A stretch of 16,413 nt of DNA from a virus (IMGVR_UViG_3300014970_000032:1-16413); one strand, 5' to 3'. Counted from the first letter of the stretch, positions 1 through 8,319 are shown. Numbers and translations are program-made. Notes: a model not told the origin generated them from the sequence alone.

Positions 1-263
1 ATTGCAAACGGCGGCGTCTGCTGTTGTGAAAGATAGGCGCGATGCAGCGCGAGTTTTGTTGCGGACCATGCTTCCAGTGGTTGCCCCGCGAACTGAATGC
101 TTCCCTTACCGCTGGTCATTCCGGCCATTCGCGCCAGTAAGGTACTCTTACCCGCGCCATTCGGCCCCACCAGGTGCAGGATCTCCCCAGCCCGAACCTC
201 GCCAGAAAGCGGCCCCAGGCGGGTAGATTCCGCAACATCTTGTAACTGCATCACAATAGACAT
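1..263 (-). CDS. btuD: Vitamin B12 ABC transporter ATP-binding protein BtuD, N-terminal part (gene continues past window start)
   Basis: Minus-strand translation from the ATG at revcomp 261-263 reads [41 protein letters not shown]..., with Walker [10 protein letters not shown], matching BtuD. The start overlaps the btuE stop (TAATG). Not in the ORF track because it runs off the window edge. Confidence 0.88.
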
Positions 264-814
264 TATTTTGCCAACGCCAGTTTAATGCTTTCCATCACAA
301 TGGGATCTTCCGGCGTCATATCCGGGGAAAAACGCTGGATGACTTTTCCGTCCCTGCCAACCAGGAATTTTTCAAAATTCCATAAAATATCATCCGGGTA
401 CAGCGGTGCACGGCCTTTGCTGACCATACGGGCATAGAATCCGCTCTCTTCCGGCGCGACTGCGGTCGGCGCTGCGGCAATCAATTTTTGATACAGCGGA
501 TGGCGTCCTTCGCCATTAACTTCAATCTTACTGAACATCGGGAACGTCACCCCCCATGTGGTGGTACAGTAAGTTTTAATCTCTTCATCGCTGCCCGGTT
601 CTTGTTCCAGAAACTGGTTGCACGGGAATCCCAGCACCATAAAACCTCGATCGACCCAGGCTTTCTGAATATTCTCCAACTGCTCATATTGCGGCGTTAA
701 GCCACACTTTGAGGCGACATTGACAATCAACAGCACATTACCAGCGTACTTCTCCAGCGTGGTCACTTCACCGTCGATATCTTTCACTACGGTCGTCAGA
801 ATGGAATCTTGCAT
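263..814 (-). CDS. btuE: Glutathione peroxidase-family protein BtuE
   Basis: 183-aa [20 protein letters not shown]...[16 protein letters not shown]...FPCNQF, with the peroxidase active-site region VASKCG and FPCNQF; sits between btuC and btuD as in the btuCED operon. Confidence 0.93.
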
Positions 815-876
815 CGTTTCTCCTGGGTGTGGTCAGTAAAAATCTTAGCTTTTAATCATAGACCGTCTTTTTGCGG

Positions 877-1857
877 CTAACGTCTTGCTTTTAACAATAA
901 CCAGATAAACACCGGCGCACCCAACGTTGCGGTGACCACGCCAATAGGCAGCTCTGCGGCAGCTAATGCCAGGCGCGCTACAATATCGGCCAGCAGCAAT
1001 GCGCTCGCCCCTGCCAGCGCGCAGCCGGGAAGTAATACGCGATGATCGGTTAAACCACACAACCGGAGAATATGGGGGATCACCAGACCAATAAAGCCGA
1101 TAGCACCCGCCAGCGCCACACTGACGCCAACCATCCAGCCGGTCGCTGCCACCAGCACATTGCGCCAGAACCACAGGGGTAAACCCAGTTGCCGCGCCGA
1201 GATCTCGCCAAGTGCTAACATATTCATCGGCCTGGACTGACAACAGATCCACAACAACACGGGGATCAATGCCAGCATCAGCCAGCTTTGCCGCCAGTCT
1301 ACGCCGCCAAAACCGCCCATCATCCAGTACATCAGCTGACGTAAATCAACAGAGGTGGAAAAGTAGATAGCCCACGTCATTAGTGCGCTACAGATAATCC
1401 CTAATGCAACGCCAGCCAGCAATAACCGACTGGTCGAAAGATGACGACGGGCGAAACGTAAGAGTATTAAAGTGATGATAAGCGCGCCAGCAATCGCACA
1501 CAGCCCTAGCGCCCAGTTGGGGAGTTGCCCTTGCCCAAGCAATACCGCGGCGATAAGCCCCACGCCTGCGCCGTTAGAGACGCCAAGTAGTCCAGGTTCT
1601 GCCAGAGGATTTTCAAACAACGCCTGCATTACAGCGCCGGATATAGCCAGCGCCGCACCAACCAGCAATACAGCCAGCGTACGTGGCAGGCGAATTTGCC
1701 AGACGAACAGTTCGCCACGAGGAGTAAACCAGTCACCTGGCGAGATCCATTGTTCACCGGCGCAAAGGCTTAAGAGAAGCGCCAGCAGCATCAAAACTGA
1801 CAGGCATAATAACCAGCGAATATTTTGTCGCTGTTGTTGGCGGGCAAGTGTCAGCAT
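877..1857 (-). CDS. btuC: Vitamin B12 ABC transporter permease BtuC
   Basis: 326-aa hydrophobic multi-TM ORF starting [28 protein letters not shown]..., recognised as BtuC; canonical ATG at revcomp 1855-1857. Confidence 0.94.
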   Translation of the reverse strand: MLTLARQQQRQNIRWLLCLSVLMLLALLLSLCAGEQWISPGDWFTPRGELFVWQIRLPRTLAVLLVGAALAISGAVMQALFENPLAEPGLLGVSNGAGVGLIAAVLLGQGQLPNWALGLCAIAGALIITLILLRFARRHLSTSRLLLAGVALGIICSALMTWAIYFSTSVDLRQLMYWMMGGFGGVDWRQSWLMLALIPVLLWICCQSRPMNMLALGEISARQLGLPLWFWRNVLVAATGWMVGVSVALAGAIGFIGLVIPHILRLCGLTDHRVLLPGCALAGASALLLADIVARLALAAAELPIGVVTATLGAPVFIWLLLKARR

Positions 1858-1915
1858 GGTATCCGTTCTGCTGAAGTGTCATGGCGTTGATTTTACGGTG
1901 ACTCTTCGACAGTGA

Positions 1916-1940
1916 AAAGAAAAAAGGCCGCAGAGCGGCC
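1916..1940. repeat. Left copy of 25-bp direct repeat (aaagaaaaaaggccgcagagcggcc), putative attL core; duplicate of the ihfA terminator hairpin
   Basis: Identical 25-mer at 13984..14008. Flanking sequence differs on the inner side (island) and is core-like on the outer side (btuC upstream). Contains the GGCCGC-agag-CGGCC stem-loop. Confidence 0.7.
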
Positions 1941-2046
1941 ATAAACACAAACAAAAATCAATAAGTTAGATAATTATCAAAGACTTACAGACACACAAAA
2001 ACACAGCCAACCACAACAAATAACAGGGATGTGGTCACTTTGTGGA

Positions 2047-2442
2047 TCATTCGCTCCCCTCTTTTTCCTTATTTCGTTGAACGCCAATTGCGACACACGT
2101 ACTAAGCAAATCTTTACATTTCTCTACATCTTCAGACTTACGCAATTTGATGCTTTTTACAGACTGCGGGCTACTGTCCGTAGCACGATACATCGTTATT
2201 TCAATATCATTTCGGTCTAAGAGTCCCATAATGGCTTTTGCAACCTCCACACCCTTCTTCGCGAAATCAAAGAACAGAGCAAGTTTATATGGATTTTCGA
2301 CGGAAAAAACTTCAATTTTGCTAAAACCAACATCGTGTAGAGAAAAATATTGCTCAACCTCATCTCGAAGTTCTGGATCGCATACAATGTCTATTCTCCA
2401 GTACTGACCTAAATGCAAATCGCTATTAACTGTTTTTTCCAC
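2047..2442 (-). CDS. Hypothetical protein immediately downstream of the integrase (cargo at the attL-proximal end)
   Basis: Track ORF 2047..2463 begins at a TTG. A strong SD (AAGGAGG, revcomp of about 2448-2454) precedes an in-frame GTG at 2440-2442, which I take as the likelier start (about 131 aa). The ORF overlaps the int stop, suggesting co-transcription. No recognisable motif. Confidence 0.45.
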   Translation of the reverse strand: MEKTVNSDLHLGQYWRIDIVCDPELRDEVEQYFSLHDVGFSKIEVFSVENPYKLALFFDFAKKGVEVAKAIMGLLDRNDIEITMYRATDSSPQSVKSIKLRKSEDVEKCKDLLSTCVAIGVQRNKEKEGSE

Positions 2443-2452
2443 AACATCCTCC

Positions 2453-3427
2453 TTACCCAGCAATAGGATTAAATCTCACCGCATCCTGCAAGTAATCCGG
2501 CGCAAGATGGGCATAAATCATCGTTGTCTGAATCTTTGCGTGCCCCAGAATTTTCTGGAGCGTCAGAATATTGCCGCCGTTCATCATGAAATGACTGGCG
2601 AAGGTGTGGCGCAGCGCATGAACAGCCTGGCCGTCAGGAACATCAGGTGCGACCGTTTTGATGACATCGCGAACCAATGGATAATCCAGCGTCGGAAACA
2701 CCAGTTTCCCGCCCCGTTTTTTGATCTTTTCAAACAGGCTTTCAGAAATAGGAACGGTACGGTTTTTGCTGTTCTTCGTTTTTGAAAAAGTGATTCGACA
2801 ATGAAGAACACGGCGCTGCTCCAGTGCCGCTACCTCGCCCCATCGCGCCCCGGTCGACAGAAGGATTTCGACAGCCAGCCGTTCATCGGGATTTTCAGCC
2901 AGTGCATCCAGCAACTGAACACATTCAGACTTACTCAGATATCCCATTTCGCGCTCGTTAACCTTCATTCCTTTAAGGCCTTGAACGGGGTTATCGTTAA
3001 GAAAATGGCCGGATGAGATGAGTGCGGTAAACATCGCGCTTAACGCCCCAATCTCTCGATTAATGGTGCTGGGCTGTATCCCCTGCTCTATCCTGGACAC
3101 ACGTAGCTCGGTGAGCATCGTTGTATTAAGTTTATGCACACACGGGTCATCCATTGCCTCACTCAAGCGCAGCAATTTAAGGCGCGTGTTATGCCCTGAC
3201 TTCATTAGCTGGCCGTGGTATTTCCACCACAAGTCAATAAGCACCGACAGCGGACGGCGATCAATGGAGTTTCCTTTCCACTCATTGTTATGCTGTTGCG
3301 CCAGCACCCACCGCTCATATAAAACTGCATCCGATTTCGTTTTAAATTTTTTGCGAATGCGTTTGCCTTTACGCCCCTCAGGGCGCATGTCAAGAAGATA
3401 CCCTCCCGGAATTGATTTTATGCTCAT
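2453..3427 (-). CDS. int: Tyrosine site-specific integrase, P2 Int-like
   Basis: Track ORF 2453..3577; I place the start at the internal ATG (revcomp 3425-3427) giving MSIKSIPGGYLLDMRPEGRKGKRIRKKFKTKSDAVLYERW..., which parallels the P2 Int N-terminus. C-terminal catalytic region ...LSTGARWGE...HALRHTFASHFMMNGGNILTLQKILGHAKIQTTMIYAHL has the R..HxxR..Y tyrosine recombinase signature. Confidence 0.9.
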   Translation of the reverse strand: MSIKSIPGGYLLDMRPEGRKGKRIRKKFKTKSDAVLYERWVLAQQHNNEWKGNSIDRRPLSVLIDLWWKYHGQLMKSGHNTRLKLLRLSEAMDDPCVHKLNTTMLTELRVSRIEQGIQPSTINREIGALSAMFTALISSGHFLNDNPVQGLKGMKVNEREMGYLSKSECVQLLDALAENPDERLAVEILLSTGARWGEVAALEQRRVLHCRITFSKTKNSKNRTVPISESLFEKIKKRGGKLVFPTLDYPLVRDVIKTVAPDVPDGQAVHALRHTFASHFMMNGGNILTLQKILGHAKIQTTMIYAHLAPDYLQDAVRFNPIAG

Positions 3428-3476
3428 TCGTGAAACCCCAGCGTTACAAGACCACCATGCTCCCAGCGTTCCATGA

Positions 3477-3785
3477 TTAACCGGGCTGTGTACCAGTCTT
3501 GCGGGATTTTTGAGAAGACGATGTGTTTTCTGGCCCATCAGGGGAGAGAGAGGGACTGATCTGCCCAGCAGCCTCATTTGTTTTTCCCGTCATAAGCCAA
3601 TTCATGTACTTAAAAAAGCGAGGGTGATTAACAATCTTGATAAGCACTTCGCCCCCTATGTTTTCAATCCGCCCCGTTTCATAACGACGCAAAGTGCCGA
3701 TAGGCACATCAATCAGGCCGCAAAATTCTTCGCGCGTTAAATCCTCTGATTCACGAATCACTCTAATTTTTTCACCGATAAGCAT
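3477..3785 (-). CDS. Immunity repressor, P2 C-like helix-turn-helix protein
   Basis: 102-aa ORF MLIGEKIRVIRESEDLTREEFCGLIDVPIGTLRRYETGR... with an N-terminal HTH; same strand as int and directly upstream of it, as for C in P2; ATG at revcomp 3783-3785. Confidence 0.8.
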   Translation of the reverse strand: MLIGEKIRVIRESEDLTREEFCGLIDVPIGTLRRYETGRIENIGGEVLIKIVNHPRFFKYMNWLMTGKTNEAAGQISPSLSPDGPENTSSSQKSRKTGTQPG

Positions 3786-3850
3786 TGACAGTGTTCCTAT
3801 AAGTACACTAAGCTTGCGCGCAAGGTGTACTTATAAGTACACCAAGTCAC
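3785..3850. promoter_or_regulatory. Divergent promoter/operator region between the repressor and rightward genes
   Basis: Perfect 18-bp palindrome gtgtacttataagtacac at 3825..3842, and a related half-degenerate copy gtgttcctataagtacac at 3791..3808 (34 bp centre to centre). Consensus -35 TTGACA at 3785..3790 on the + strand, overlapping the repressor start codon. Confidence 0.5.
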
Positions 3851-3881
3851 AAACAACCACAGATAGCGCAGGTTATCACAC

Positions 3882-4163
3882 ATGGCAAAAGTCCTGAACA
3901 CACACGAACAGGCAGACTTTGAGCGTTTAGCAGCGTTCTATCCCTACCGCGATGAGCATGGGTTACCGTGCTTTCTGACATGCTGCGCGCCATCCGTGAC
4001 ACAGAGCACGCACAAAGAATCAATGAAACCACTGAACGCGCACGCCGCAAGGCTACTTTGCTCCAAAAGAGAGGCAAACAGCACTTTAGTAATCAAAATG
4101 ATGATGAGAAAAAACAATTACAAAGTTGGATATGCCTTTTCCATCATGAGGGATGAGATGTGA
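3882..4163 (+). CDS. Hypothetical small ORF in the cox-equivalent position (possibly degenerate)
   Basis: 93-aa ORF located where P2 has cox, but no recognisable Cox similarity. A second overlapping ORF in another frame (3968..4156) suggests frame decay. Confidence 0.25.
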   Translation: MAKVLNTHEQADFERLAAFYPYRDEHGLPCFLTCCAPSVTQSTHKESMKPLNAHAARLLCSKREANSTLVIKMMMRKNNYKVGYAFSIMRDEM

Positions 4164-4178
4164 ATCGCTAACCGAATA

Positions 4179-4208
4179 TTGTGTTGAATAGAATGCAATT
4201 GATATAAT
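4179..4208 (+). promoter_or_regulatory. Candidate sigma70 promoter for the methyltransferase-ATPase operon
   Basis: Consensus -10 TATAAT at 4203..4208 with a weak -35 (ttgtgt, 4179..4184, 18-bp spacer). An inverted repeat ttgcata-N3-atgcaa at about 4239..4254 lies between it and the MTase start. Confidence 0.35.
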
Positions 4209-4341
4209 TCCCCTTAATTCATTGAAAACTGGATTTTTTGCATAACTATGCAAATATCTATGGACGGCGACGATGTTTTTTATCGGGAAAACTCAAGTGC
4301 CATGTTAAGATTATGTTTATTTTTTACTGAGAAAATCGTGG

Positions 4342-5187
4342 ATGACAAAGCCTTCTCATTTTAGAACCCCTCTTCGTTATCCGGGAGGTAAGGCAAAATT
4401 CTTGCCACATATTGAACAAATACTCCGCAACAATGATCTCATTGGTGGATGTTATGCTGAACCTTATGCAGGTGGAGCCGGTGTAGCATTAGGTTTGCTC
4501 CTTAACGGTCTTGTTGAAAATATCTTCATAAATGATATTGATCCTGCCCTTTATTCTTTTTGGTTTGCAGTGGTTAATCATAACGATCTGTTATGTGAAA
4601 TGATTGATGAAGTTCCTGTGACTATTGAAAATTGGCATACTCAAAAGGAGATACTCCTAAACAATGATAAATATAGTATGCTTGAAGTCGCATTATCAAC
4701 TTTCTTTTTAAATAGAACAAACCGTTCAGGAATACTTAAGGCTGGCGTTATTGGAGGGAAAGAACAAAAAGGACCATGGAAGTTAGATGCAAGATTCAAC
4801 AAAAAAGAGTTAATTAAAAGGATTGAACTAATTGGTGCATATAAGGAGAAAATTTACGTATCGAATTTTGATGCTGTAGATTTTCTGCTACACCAAAAAG
4901 CATTGCTACCCCAAAATAGTCTAATATATCTTGATCCACCTTATTATGTTAAAGGAGCAGAGTTATATAGAAATTTTTATAAACATGATGATCATGTAAA
5001 AATCGCTAATACACTACGGGAAATTCAACTACCTTGGGTTGTGTCTTATGACAATGTGCCTGAAATAAAAAGCATATATCATGAATTCAACATGACTGAT
5101 TATACGCTTAATTATACTGCACAAGATAAGAAAAAAGGTCTAGAAATTATCATTTATAATCATGGTATAAAAATCCCTGACATTTAA
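4342..5187 (+). CDS. N6-adenine DNA methyltransferase, Dam-like (D12 class)
   Basis: 281 aa. N-terminal RYPGGKAKFLP...EPYAGGAGVAL (SAM-binding FxGxG-type motif) and catalytic DPPY tetrapeptide (IYLDPPYY), the arrangement typical of Dam-family enzymes. Markedly AT-rich. Confidence 0.85.
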   Translation: MTKPSHFRTPLRYPGGKAKFLPHIEQILRNNDLIGGCYAEPYAGGAGVALGLLLNGLVENIFINDIDPALYSFWFAVVNHNDLLCEMIDEVPVTIENWHTQKEILLNNDKYSMLEVALSTFFLNRTNRSGILKAGVIGGKEQKGPWKLDARFNKKELIKRIELIGAYKEKIYVSNFDAVDFLLHQKALLPQNSLIYLDPPYYVKGAELYRNFYKHDDHVKIANTLREIQLPWVVSYDNVPEIKSIYHEFNMTDYTLNYTAQDKKKGLEIIIYNHGIKIPDI

Positions 5188-5204
5188 ATTTAAGGATGAT
5201 ATAG

Positions 5205-6902
5205 ATGATTAAAGAAATTAGTTTTAAAAAATTTAAGAAACTGATAGATATTGACTTTTCATTCAATGAAGACATCAATATAATATCAGGAACCAATGGG
5301 ACATGTAAGACAACATTGCTTCATTTAATTAGCAATGGTTTCCAAATGCCACCATCTCGATCACAAAATTATTCAAATAGTAATTGTGTTAGAGTTATAA
5401 AATCTATAAACAAAATAGCCAACCCCAAAATGGAAGCAATTGTTAGGGAATCAAAAAATTACACCGATCCGGCAGAGGGAACAAAAGGTGTGTTATTTTC
5501 CATTAACTATTTGGATCATAGCACACTAGACTTCAGAAAGCACAACTCAAAAAATCCAGACGAAGCGCAACGGTATGCTATCAAACCAGTATACCCACGC
5601 GGAAAAGAAAAACAATCACTTCCAGCTAAACCAGTTTTATATCTTGGATTATCGCGACTATTCCCGATTGGTGAAACTAAAGACGACGCCCTTACAAAAA
5701 TTCCGTTAAACCTACCAGAAGAGTATGTTGGTTATATATCGAAAATATATAATGAACTTTTGGGCATTAATATTATAAATATAGAATCAAACAATATCGG
5801 AGATTTTAAAGCTGGCCCATTATTTGATACCGATAACCCAGCAATTGATTCTAATACCATATCATCCGGGGAAGACAATATATTCATTATAATCAAGGCA
5901 TTAGTTAGCCTTAGGTATTATTTTGAATCACTTATTCAATCCACTGATCAAAAAGAAAGCATTCTGTTAATAGATGAATTTGATGCCACTTTACATCCTT
6001 CTTTACAGATAAGATTATTAGATAAAATTTATCAATACGCAAAAGATTATAAGATTCAAGTATTTTTCACAACGCACAGTCTGACATTGCTAGAATATGC
6101 TTTTCATAAAAAATACCATGTTGTCTATCTAATTAACAATATTACAAAGGCTCTGCTTTTAGATAATCCTGACATATTAAAAATAACAATGTATCTGAAA
6201 ACACAAACAAAGGATGAGATATACACAAGGAACAAGATACCAGTTTTCACGGAAGATGAAGAAGCTCGCTTTTTATTTAATGAAATACTTGGTTATTGGA
6301 TAAGCAAATATCCAAATTTTGCTATAGTTAGTAATTCATTTCACTTAATTGATTGTTTCATTGGTGCAGACAATTTAAAAACTATTTTTAATGATTCTCA
6401 TCTTAAGGAAACCTCGTTAAAATCAATTTGTATTCTTGATGGAGATCACAGCCCTGAGGATCAGAGAGGAATTATATCACTGCCGGGAGAAAAAGCTCCA
6501 GAACAATTGATATTTGAGCATTGTGAGCACCTTTATAATACCGACGACTCTTCCTTCTGGGAAAATCAGGATATAATTAACAATGGTTTTTCGAAAGAGT
6601 TATACTTACTCAAGATACGTCCTCAACTACAATCAATTGAAACTGAAATTCAGAAAAGAAAAGACAACCATGAGTCTACATCCGGTTTAAGAAGAAAATT
6701 AAATAAGAAAATATTCAATCAGCATATTGAATTCTTTAGAATGATTACAAGAAACTGGTTAGACAAACCAGAAAATCAGAAATCTCTCCAGTATTTTTAC
6801 AATGGATTACGATCCTTATTCTACCGGGTTACACCAACAAACGGCATTGACAGAAAAATTTGGGATTTTGACTATAACAAAATCATTAAAGAGGATAAAT
6901 AA
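5205..6902 (+). CDS. ABC-type (SMC/OLD-like) ATPase with putative C-terminal TOPRIM-like nuclease domain
   Basis: 565 aa. Walker A GTNGTCKTT (aa ~29-37), signature-like ISSGE, Walker B ILLIDEFDATLHP, H-loop FFTTHS. C-terminal acidic motifs PVFTEDEEA and ICILDGDHSPED (DxD) fit a TOPRIM-type metal site. SD AAGGA 8 nt before the ATG, 17 bp after the MTase stop (operon). Confidence 0.8.
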   Translation: MIKEISFKKFKKLIDIDFSFNEDINIISGTNGTCKTTLLHLISNGFQMPPSRSQNYSNSNCVRVIKSINKIANPKMEAIVRESKNYTDPAEGTKGVLFSINYLDHSTLDFRKHNSKNPDEAQRYAIKPVYPRGKEKQSLPAKPVLYLGLSRLFPIGETKDDALTKIPLNLPEEYVGYISKIYNELLGINIINIESNNIGDFKAGPLFDTDNPAIDSNTISSGEDNIFIIIKALVSLRYYFESLIQSTDQKESILLIDEFDATLHPSLQIRLLDKIYQYAKDYKIQVFFTTHSLTLLEYAFHKKYHVVYLINNITKALLLDNPDILKITMYLKTQTKDEIYTRNKIPVFTEDEEARFLFNEILGYWISKYPNFAIVSNSFHLIDCFIGADNLKTIFNDSHLKETSLKSICILDGDHSPEDQRGIISLPGEKAPEQLIFEHCEHLYNTDDSSFWENQDIINNGFSKELYLLKIRPQLQSIETEIQKRKDNHESTSGLRRKLNKKIFNQHIEFFRMITRNWLDKPENQKSLQYFYNGLRSLFYRVTPTNGIDRKIWDFDYNKIIKEDK

Positions 6903-6980
6903 TGTACTCTAATAGAATATAAACATCAAAGCTATATTCTTTACACATATCAAGAGTAAAAAATAATTTAACTTTATACA

Positions 6981-7018
6981 TAACGACCTCTTTTACAAAT
7001 AAGTAGAAAAGGTCGTTA
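6981..7018 (+). terminator. Imperfect stem-loop downstream of the ATPase gene (possible terminator)
   Basis: taacgacctcttttac / gtagaaaaggtcgtta inverted repeat about 80 bp after the stop codon; no clean U-tract. Confidence 0.3.
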
Positions 7019-7141
7019 TAACTCTCATCTCCATAGCATGTAATTTTCTTTGCATATTTTCACATAACAGTCAGGGATGTATTTATAAGCAACGTCGTAT
7101 ACATAGGCTCAATTTTTCTATAAATAAACACTCCGTTCGGT

Positions 7142-7170
7142 TTGCACAATAGTGCACAAATTTGCACAAT
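7142..7170. repeat. Three direct TGCACAA repeats at exact 10-bp spacing
   Basis: TGCACAA at 7143-7149, 7153-7159 and 7163-7169, followed by a T7 run; helical-turn phasing suggests a protein-binding array. Confidence 0.5.
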
Positions 7171-7593
7171 TTTTTTGAACGACTTTTTGCCCTTCCGGCC
7201 CGCATGGCGGCTGGATCCGTCAAGGATCCGTGCGTGCACAAAAAAACGCGTTTTTTCTGCGCGCAGGTGACGGGGGAACAGCCCGCGTTTCAGGGGGTAA
7301 ATAGCATTCCCTTAACGATGTCGCAGCGACACGACAGAATGGCCGTATTTCTCACGCTGAGCGTGAAAAATACGTGAGGGATTCTGGTTTGATGGGGTGA
7401 AAGGTAAGGCCGTCAAAATCGCACTGAGGCGGCGAGAACATGCAGTCAGCGCAGTGGGATTGCGTAAGAGTCTGACCGTCGATGATGGCAATAAGCAGGA
7501 AAGCGTCGTGAAATTATCTGACTGATACAGGAGCTGGAGAGTCGGGGCATAAATTTTTTATGCCCCGGCGAAGCAGCAGACAAGCGAAGCGCG

Positions 7594-7812
7594 TCAGGAT
7601 GTGGGCTGGGTACCCGCATCCGCTTTACTGACAGCGTCGCGGGCGCGCTCAAATGAACGCGCCTGACGCTCGAGATTTTTGATCGCCCCCTGCGTTCGCT
7701 GGATGGAGTCACCAAACTGCCCCATCAGGCGGCGGGCGTTTTCGGCAGGCCGGGTCAGCCTGTCAACGGCGCTGAAAGCGACCCGGATGTCAAGAGTCTT
7801 CATTATCTGCAT
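7594..7812 (-). pseudogene. Tail tape-measure protein (T-like) N-terminal fragment
   Basis: Short ORF ...MKTLDIRVAFSAVDRLTRPAENARRLMGQF... begins overlapping the end of E' as T does in P2-like tail modules, but stops after about 70 codons. Confidence 0.45.
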
Positions 7813-8319
7813 TCCCGCTGCGAAGTGCCGCCCGCTCACGCCAGCTAACCACTTCGCCGGGCGTCATCATGAAGATTTCGGCGGGCGACCAGTTAAAAAT
7901 GGCGGCAATATCCGCCACAAAGTCTTCTATGTGCTCAAAGCACACAACCGTGATCAGGCTTCCGTCGCCTGTTCGTTCTTCCCGCCAGAGTCCGCACCGC
8001 TCAAAAAATTTACGGCAACCACACATAACTGAATAAAGTCACGGGATGCCATTTTTTTGATCGTCACTTCATCCAGTCGCGGTGATGTCACGCGTGACAG
8101 CAGCGTAAACATGGATTCCGCTTTCAGATTCAGCACATCAGACAGCGACAAATCTCGCAGAGATCCAGCCTGCTCAATAGCCCCGGTGATCTCCACATAC
8201 GTGATTTTTTCGCCGCCTCGCTCAATTGGTTGGGTAAGTTTTACGCCACGCTCACTGGTTTCTTTCACAGTGTCAGTAACTACCGTGTTTTCGGTATCGA
8301 TGTTTTTCGTCTCTTTCAT
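7790..8319 (-). CDS. Tail assembly chaperone E and frameshift product E+E' (P2 gpE/gpE'-like)
   Basis: ORF 7954..8319 (...VAVNFLSGADSGGKNEQATEA) and an overlapping -1 frame ORF ending at 7790. The overlap contains the slippery heptamer T_TTT_TTG on the minus strand (revcomp of 8002-8008), read AAT TTT TTG in the E frame; gene position between FII and T matches P2. Confidence 0.65.

Noticed and set aside
2-285. Plus-strand ORFs (2..226, 97..285) at the left edge
   Set aside because: They lie antisense to the well-supported btuD coding frame; no RBS and no recognisable product, so treated as shadow ORFs.
845-1915. Alternative ORFs overlapping btuC (845..1252 minus, 1472..1915 plus)
   Set aside because: Out-of-frame or antisense to btuC, with Arg/Ser/Ala-rich composition typical of shadow frames in a GC-normal gene.
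1941-2046. Possible tRNA or tmRNA gene at the island boundary (usual target of phage integrases)
   Set aside because: No cloverleaf-compatible sequence or CCA-adjacent acceptor stem seen near either repeat; the duplicated core is the ihfA terminator hairpin instead.
2453-3577. Extended 374-aa version of the integrase ORF
   Set aside because: The first 50 codons overlap the repressor gene's 3' end and have no similarity to integrase N-termini; the internal ATG giving MSIKSIPGG... matches the P2 Int N-terminus, so the shorter CDS was annotated.
7142-7374. CRISPR array
   Set aside because: The repeats here are 7-8 bp units at 10-11 bp spacing and isolated palindromes, not 25-40 bp repeats separated by unique spacers; no cas genes present.
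7162-7377. 71-aa plus-strand ORF in the repeat-rich non-coding region
   Set aside because: No SD, and it spans the palindromes and repeats; more likely a chance frame in structured non-coding DNA.
7380-7445. Possible P2-type cos site (G-rich stretch ggggtgaaagg ... gaggcggcgag)
   Set aside because: I could not match it confidently to the P2/186 cohesive-end sequence from memory; mentioned only as something an alignment could test.
7446-7715. 89-aa minus-strand ORF overlapping the tape-measure fragment region
   Set aside because: Arg/Ser-rich low-complexity translation in an alternative frame; no start context.
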